From positions 1,364,001-1,428,000 of the forward strand of contig JAWMAR010000084.1 of NCBI GenBank assembly GCA_036785375.1: a stretch of DNA of 64,000 nt, given 5' to 3'. Position 1 is the first letter of the stretch, and each line of letters opens with the position of its first letter. A program made the position numbers and the translations under genes. The DNA comes from Leucoraja ocellata (taxonomy: Eukaryota). The notes beneath the pieces are model-generated. The model worked only from the letters and a program-made list of their open reading frames with translations. It ran no database searches and was not told the DNA's origin. Shown one piece after another: positions 58,310-64,000 of this stretch.

Positions 58310-58868
58310 CAGTGCATTCTGAAAGTATTCAGACCCCTTCACTTTTTCCACATTTTGTTACGTTACAGCTTTATTCTAAAATAATTGATATTTTATTTTT
58401 ATCATCAATCTACACACAATACCCCACAATCCTATCTCAGAGGTCAACGGACAATTCCTTTGTGTTCATGGCTTGATTTTTGCTCTGACATGCACTGTCA
58501 ACTGTGGGACCTTATATAGACAGGTGTGTGCCTTTCCAAATCATGTCCAATCAATTTAATTTACCACTGGCGGACTCCAATCAAGTTGTAGAAACATCTC
58601 AAGGATAATCAATGGAAACAGGATGCACCAAAGCTCAATTTTGAGTCATAGCAAAGGGTCGGAATATTTATGTAAATGTGATATTTCAGTTATTTCTTTT
58701 TAATTACTTTGCAAAAATTTCTAAACACTTGTTTTCGCTTTTTTATTATGAGGTATTGTGTGTAGATTGATAATTAAAAAAAACGAATTTAATCCATTTT
58801 AGAATAAGGCTGTAACGTAACAAAATGTGGAAAAAGTGAAGGGGTCTGAATACTTTCTGAATGCACTG
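58310..58868 (-). mobile_element. Tc1-family internally deleted element
   Basis: Long TIRs starting CAGTGCATTC.GAAAGTATTCAGACCCCTTCAC, flanked by TA on the left and TG on the right. A residual transposase start MNTKELSVDL*DRIV lies on the - strand from 58469. Confidence 0.88.
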
Positions 58869-60242
58869 TGGCACCAGGTGATCAACATAGTCTTTGGGAC
58901 CCTCTGTCTTTGCAGCAAAGAGCAGTGTCTGTTCTCCTAATTATTCTACCCAATGGCTCCTACATTTCTCCCCCTCCCCTTCCCCCACCACCACATGAGT
59001 GGGCCCTTGTTCCATAGCGCTATGAACAACTTGGTCATCTTCCCTGCAATGTCCACACTTGTCCACTCAGGGAACAAGAATCTCATACCTGTTGGACAAA
59101 ATTAGAAACCGGGAAGATAATTTAAAAATATATATTTTCTTAATTGAGCCAGTCTATGAACTGGAATAAGAGGATTTGAACGATTTCTTCATCATGGTTC
59201 AGATCATTTGTGGAATTCAGAATTTTAGTCTGAAGGAATCAACATGCATGGAGATGTTCAAAGCTGCAGAATAATCCATCGCCATGTTCGAGATATTGGG
59301 TGGTCAATAGGATAAAGTACATGAGGCAAAGATTGAGAGAAAAACTCGAATAGGAAAAGTACAACCAAGGAAATTGAGATGTTGCAAGAATTGTGGTTGG
59401 TGACATGTGTGGCTATAAAAGTGTATACAATGTTGACTAAACAATAATTTATATGTACAATACACAAAGATGAGAGCATCAATACACTGCAGAGTAGATG
59501 AGGTAATGCATATAGTGACAGAGAGAGAATACTTTCAGAGCACCTGTAGAAGATATTGTACCTGGTGCCAAGGGGGTTAATTCCAAGGACTTCCCTCTAG
59601 CTGTATTTATACTTACATGTTGTTGCAATAAAAAACAGTGACCTGTCAACTTGACTTGCAAGCAAAGTGTGATGTCTTCCTGCAGCATGCCCAAAAATCT
59701 CAAACCTTAAAACAAATGAGTTTTGTTCCAATAATGTATAAGAGGCCTGCTGGGAGATACTCACTAAAGACATTGAACTCAAAAAATTGAGAGATGAATG
59801 AAACAGATTTCTTTGTAGTAAACCAAAGTAGTGCCACAATAATACAGAAGAGCAGACGGGACTGGAAAAGGAATGACACAGCAGAACTCTGCAGTGGTTA
59901 AAAGAAGAAATACTTTCATGCTACAAAATAGCCAGCACTGGAGTGGCACAGTGGCACACCTCTAATACTGTGCCATCATTATGGAGTAACTCATTCCATA
60001 TCAGAGGGTTAAATTAGACGATTGGATCTAAGAAGATGGTCAAACAACACGAATGTTTGGAAGACTGTCAAAGTCATACACAGAACCTACAATTATTTTG
60101 GATGGTTCTTTTCATTTTTATTGGATTTCGATTATTAAAGAAGTGTTATTACAAATATGACATGCAATATCGGGTGTGCATGGTATGAGTGTCTGTGTAC
60201 AATGCATAGAGAGAAGTTTCCAGAAAGTCTTTATCTCTTTGT

Positions 60243-60744
60243 AGCAGTGCAGCGTAGGTTCACGAGATTGATCCCTGGGATGGCGGGACTGTCATATGAG
60301 GAAAGATTGAATAGACAGCTTGTATTCACTGGAGTTTAGAAGGATGAGGGGATATCTTACAGAAACATATAAAATTATAAATGGACTGGACAAGCTAGAT
60401 GCAGGAAAAATGTTCCCTATGTTGGGTGAGTCCAGAACTAGGGGGCCACAGTCTTAGAATAAAGGGGAGGTCATTTAAGACTGAGGTGAGAAAAAAACTT
60501 TTTCTTCCAGAGAGTTGTGAATTTATGGAATTCCCTGCCACAAAGGGCAGTGGAGGCCAAATCACTGGATAGATTTAAGAGAGAGTTAGATAGAGCTCTA
60601 GGGGCTAGTGGAGTCAAGGGATATGGGGAGAAGGCAGGCACGGGTTATTGATAGGGGACATCAGCCATGATCACAATGAATGGTGGTGCTGGCTCGAAGG
60701 GCCGAATGGCCTCTTCCTGCACCTATTTTCTATGTTTCTATGTT
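60243..60744 (+). mobile_element. CR1 LINE 3' fragment
   Basis: Encodes VQRRFTRLIPGMAGLSYEERL and ends in a TTTCTATG tail. Confidence 0.88.
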
Positions 60745-62003
60745 TGAAAAATGTGTGCCTGTCTCGGTGTAGTAGGCATACAACAGGGGAAAAACGCATG
60801 TCTCTCTATAAATTCATTTGTTTAGTAAAGCACTTTGATGGTTCAACCTACTAGCTAATGTTCTGTATCCAAGAGAATGATACTGATATAACATTTATTA
60901 AAGGAAAAACATACGCTATGAACTTGATTGAGCGCTGTGAACGCGTAGCAGTAAGGTTGACGAGGGAAATGATTCATGTTCTACATTTGAATTAATAAAA
61001 GTGGCATATATTAAGCTTGTCAGAAAAATAAAAGTCTGTCTATTAAAAGAATAAGTGGTTGCATAGTATATTGCATATATTGCATAGGTTGGCTCAGGGC
61101 AGGAAACAAACAATTGTTTTCAATAGTTATTTTGTGGGTTGATATTGCACATTGATATTTCCCAATGGGTGGTACTAGCCTTACAGGTCCTATCCAATAT
61201 TTAAAGTTTAATATCAAACATAATGGGCAGTGGGAAGGGTAGATAAGGACTTAAAGAGGAAATGTAAGGACTAGTGGAAGGGATGAACATGTACAGCTGA
61301 AGTTCAACACAAGATGCACAATTCTGGAGGAAGAAGAGAATGATACAATTTTAAATGGAATGTACGATTTTGAGTATGTAAGGTCACAAATGTTTGAACC
61401 TTGAAGGGTAATTGAAGAGAAATATTAAATAAAGTGCACAAGATCCTGGGCTTTATAACCAGGGACACTGAATACAGAACCAAGGAGGATATGCTGAACC
61501 ATGTGAATTATCAGTTTAGCCACTACAAGGTTATTGTGTCTATCCATTTCTGGTTCCTGCATTATAAGTGATACCAAACATCCTTTTGGGCATGTTCTTG
61601 GTAGTAATGGATACTGTTGCATGGCTAGACTGGGATAATTGGGATCACTCTTCTTGGAAGATAGGTTGAGGGAGGATTCGATGAAAACCTATTCAGAATT
61701 ATCAAAGTGTTCGACAAAGTGGTTAAGAGAAATTGTTTCCATTGGCAGACAGATCAAGAATCAGGAATAAAAAAAACATAGGTGAATTAAGGGGTGACAT
61801 GAGGGAAACATCCTCATGCAATGAATTGTCTGACAATATGGTGGAAGTGGATTAAATCATAGATTTCAAGGAAATTTGGACAGGTGATTGTGGAAGAAAC
61901 AAAATCCAGGCTGTTCTTAAATGCCCGGTATGAGTTTGATGGGCCAAATATCCTTTTGTGCAGCATAAATTCTAATAATTCAAAACAAGTTAGCATTTAA
62001 CTA

Positions 62004-62320
62004 TATTTAGTTTAGTATAGTTTAGAGTTACAGAGTGGAAACAGGCCCTTCAGCCCACCGAGTCCACGCCAACCCGCAATCCCCCCCGCATTAACACTAT
62101 CCTACACACAATAGGGACAATTTACATTTTTACCAAGCCAATTAACATCCAAACCTGTGCATCTTTGGGGTGTGGAGGAAACTGGAGCACCCGGGGAAGA
62201 CCCACGTAGGTCACGGGGAGAATGTACAAACTCCGTAAAGACAGCACCGGTAGTCAGAATTTAACCCAGGTCTCTGGCGCTGTAAGGCAGCAACTCTACC
62301 GCTGCGCCATCGTGCCGCCC
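62004..62320 (-). mobile_element. Full-length tRNA-derived SINE (HE1/SacSINE-like)
   Basis: 5' GGGCGGCACGATGGCGCAGCGG (A box), degenerate B box GGTTAAATTC, and an (AAACT)n tail. Confidence 0.82.
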
Positions 62321-62526
62321 AACAATTCCTGTCGTCTTCCGAGGCGCCATTTAATAGTGATTCTAGCGAACCAGAAACATACATCTTATTCTTAATTATC
62401 AACATATGAGGTTTTATCTTCAGGTAAAGTGATTTCTAGACTTGGCATTTCTTGGTTATTGGCAAAAATAATACATTCATGAATGAAATCCAATGTCATT
62501 TTATGACTTACTCATTAATATGACAA

Positions 62527-62545
62527 TTGCACCCCCTGGTGGCAT
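62527..62545 (-). promoter_or_regulatory. Strong CTCF-like motif
   Basis: The - strand reads ATGCCACCAGGGGGTGCAA, against the consensus core CCACCAGGGGGCGC, in otherwise AT-rich unique sequence. Confidence 0.5.
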
Positions 62546-63324
62546 AATTTTCTACTTCTAAATACATGATTATTTTAATTTGAATTTTAATTACATTTTA
62601 TAAAAGTGGTACAACGTTCAGTGGGCTAGATTTTCCTGGATTCAGCCTGTTGCCTGAACTGATTAACTCCAGCACCAACCCACCTGCACTGCCCCATCTC
62701 AGATATGGAGTGCTGCTGATATAATCTATGTGCCCCAAAGCTGCTCCACACAGCACTGACAGCAACAGCTCAGTCTCTGGCAGCAGATCTTGAGGCCCTG
62801 GCACCAAATGCAACTGTTCCTAAAGGCCTCTAAATATTTCACATACCTGCATGAATATTCTTACTCACAGCTGGCGACTCCATGAAATTGTGCATTTGAT
62901 GCCGACCATTTCTGTCAGGAAGTTAAGCACTAGGTGTTCTTTAGAATACAAGTCCAGTGGTGGAATGTAGCAACCCCAACATTAGCAATTGCTTCAGGTT
63001 AGAACTACAACAATGAGTCTGGAGATTTCTGGTAAAATATATTGCAAGGCATTCTGATTGTTTCAACTATGAATGGTCTTTGTATTTCATTCACACAATA
63101 TAGGCATTGCTGGAAAGACTAGCATTTGTTGCTCATCCTTTGCATTCCCAAAACAGTCAATTTCTAGGGGAGTTAACTTCATTGTTGTTTGTCTGAAATC
63201 ATCCAGCATCTATGTTGTTGTAGGTATGAGGCTGGTCAGGTAAAGGTGGCCTTTCTTTGAAGGGTGTTAATGAACCATTGAGGTTTTTCCAAGAATCTGG
63301 TATTTTCATGGTCACTATATTTAC

Positions 63325-63690
63325 AGAATAGTGAAAGGCCTGGATAGAGTGGATGTGGAGAGGATGTTTTCACTAGTGGGAGAGTCTAGGACCAGAGGTC
63401 ATAGCCTGAGAATTAAAGGATGTTCCGTTAGGAAGGAGATGAGAAGAAATGTCTTTAGTAAGAGCATGGTGAATCTGTGGAATTCAGTGCCACTGAAGGA
63501 TGTGGAGGCCGTTAATGGATATTTTTATGGCAGAGATAGATAGATTCTTGATTAGTACGGGAGTCAGGGGTTATGGGGAGAAGGCGGGAGAATGGGGTTA
63601 GGAGGAAGAGATACAGTAGATCAGCCATATAGAATGATGGGCCGAATGGCCTGATTCTGCTCCTATCACATAAACTTATGAACTTATGAA
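63325..63690 (+). mobile_element. CR1 LINE 3' fragment
   Basis: Encodes KGLDRVDVERMFSLVGESRTRGHSLRIKG and ends in an AACTTATG repeat tail. Confidence 0.82.
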
Positions 63691-64000
63691 CCATTATTGG
63701 CGTTAAAGTCATTTTAGTTAACTGAATTTTAATTCACCAGTTACCACTGTGAAATCATTAGTCAAGGTCTCAGGACTATTACTCAAGAAAGGTGACTGAT
63801 GTGCTACCACACCCATCTGAAGTTAAAAGTCATCACCACAATGAGCAGCATAATTCATCAATCATCTATTTGGATACATGAAAGCTGGCAGGGTGAAGTT
63901 GTGCATGATAAAATCATTAGAATAGATTTGGGAATTTCCAGCATTGATCAACAAGATTTATCACCATGCAATGACAGGACATCCAAGGATAGAGAGCATT

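Noticed and set aside
62240-62320. tRNA gene at SINE heads
   Set aside because: The A and B boxes belong to tRNA-derived SINEs. There is no full cloverleaf, and SINE body sequence follows.

Overview
Eukaryotic, repeat-rich vertebrate DNA. The repeat set (CR1 and Rex1-like LINE fragments, tRNA-derived SINEs, Penelope-derived palindromes) looks like a cartilaginous fish such as a skate or ray; this is inference. There are two host genes on the + strand. The first is the last five coding exons of DNAJC18 (9561-23313, canonical GT-AG sites, continuous frame). The second is an uninterrupted 1922-aa DUF4585 ORF (43766-49534), most likely PROB1 by motif and synteny. Between them is a structurally complete, GC-rich Ty3/Gypsy LTR retrotransposon of the CsRN1/Boudicca/Kabuki type (28728-33262, - strand). 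It has LTRs about 97% identical, a CCAT target duplication, a tRNA-Trp PBS, a CHCC gag knuckle, an open pol, and a G_GGA_AAC -1 frameshift site followed by a stem-loop. It is inserted into a CR1 RT. The most unusual signal is a dispersed family of 90-225 bp, mostly fold-back elements with 11-15 bp target duplications that carry a minimal hammerhead-ribozyme core. Also present are nested hAT/Tc2/Rex1 insertions, Harbinger and Tc1 non-autonomous elements, three young CR1 copies truncated at almost the same site, and a GC-rich composite with telomere-like repeats, a 40-bp minisatellite and a coding-like fragment. No prokaryotic genes or CRISPR arrays were found. All alignments were done by eye and family names come from recalled motifs, not database searches.
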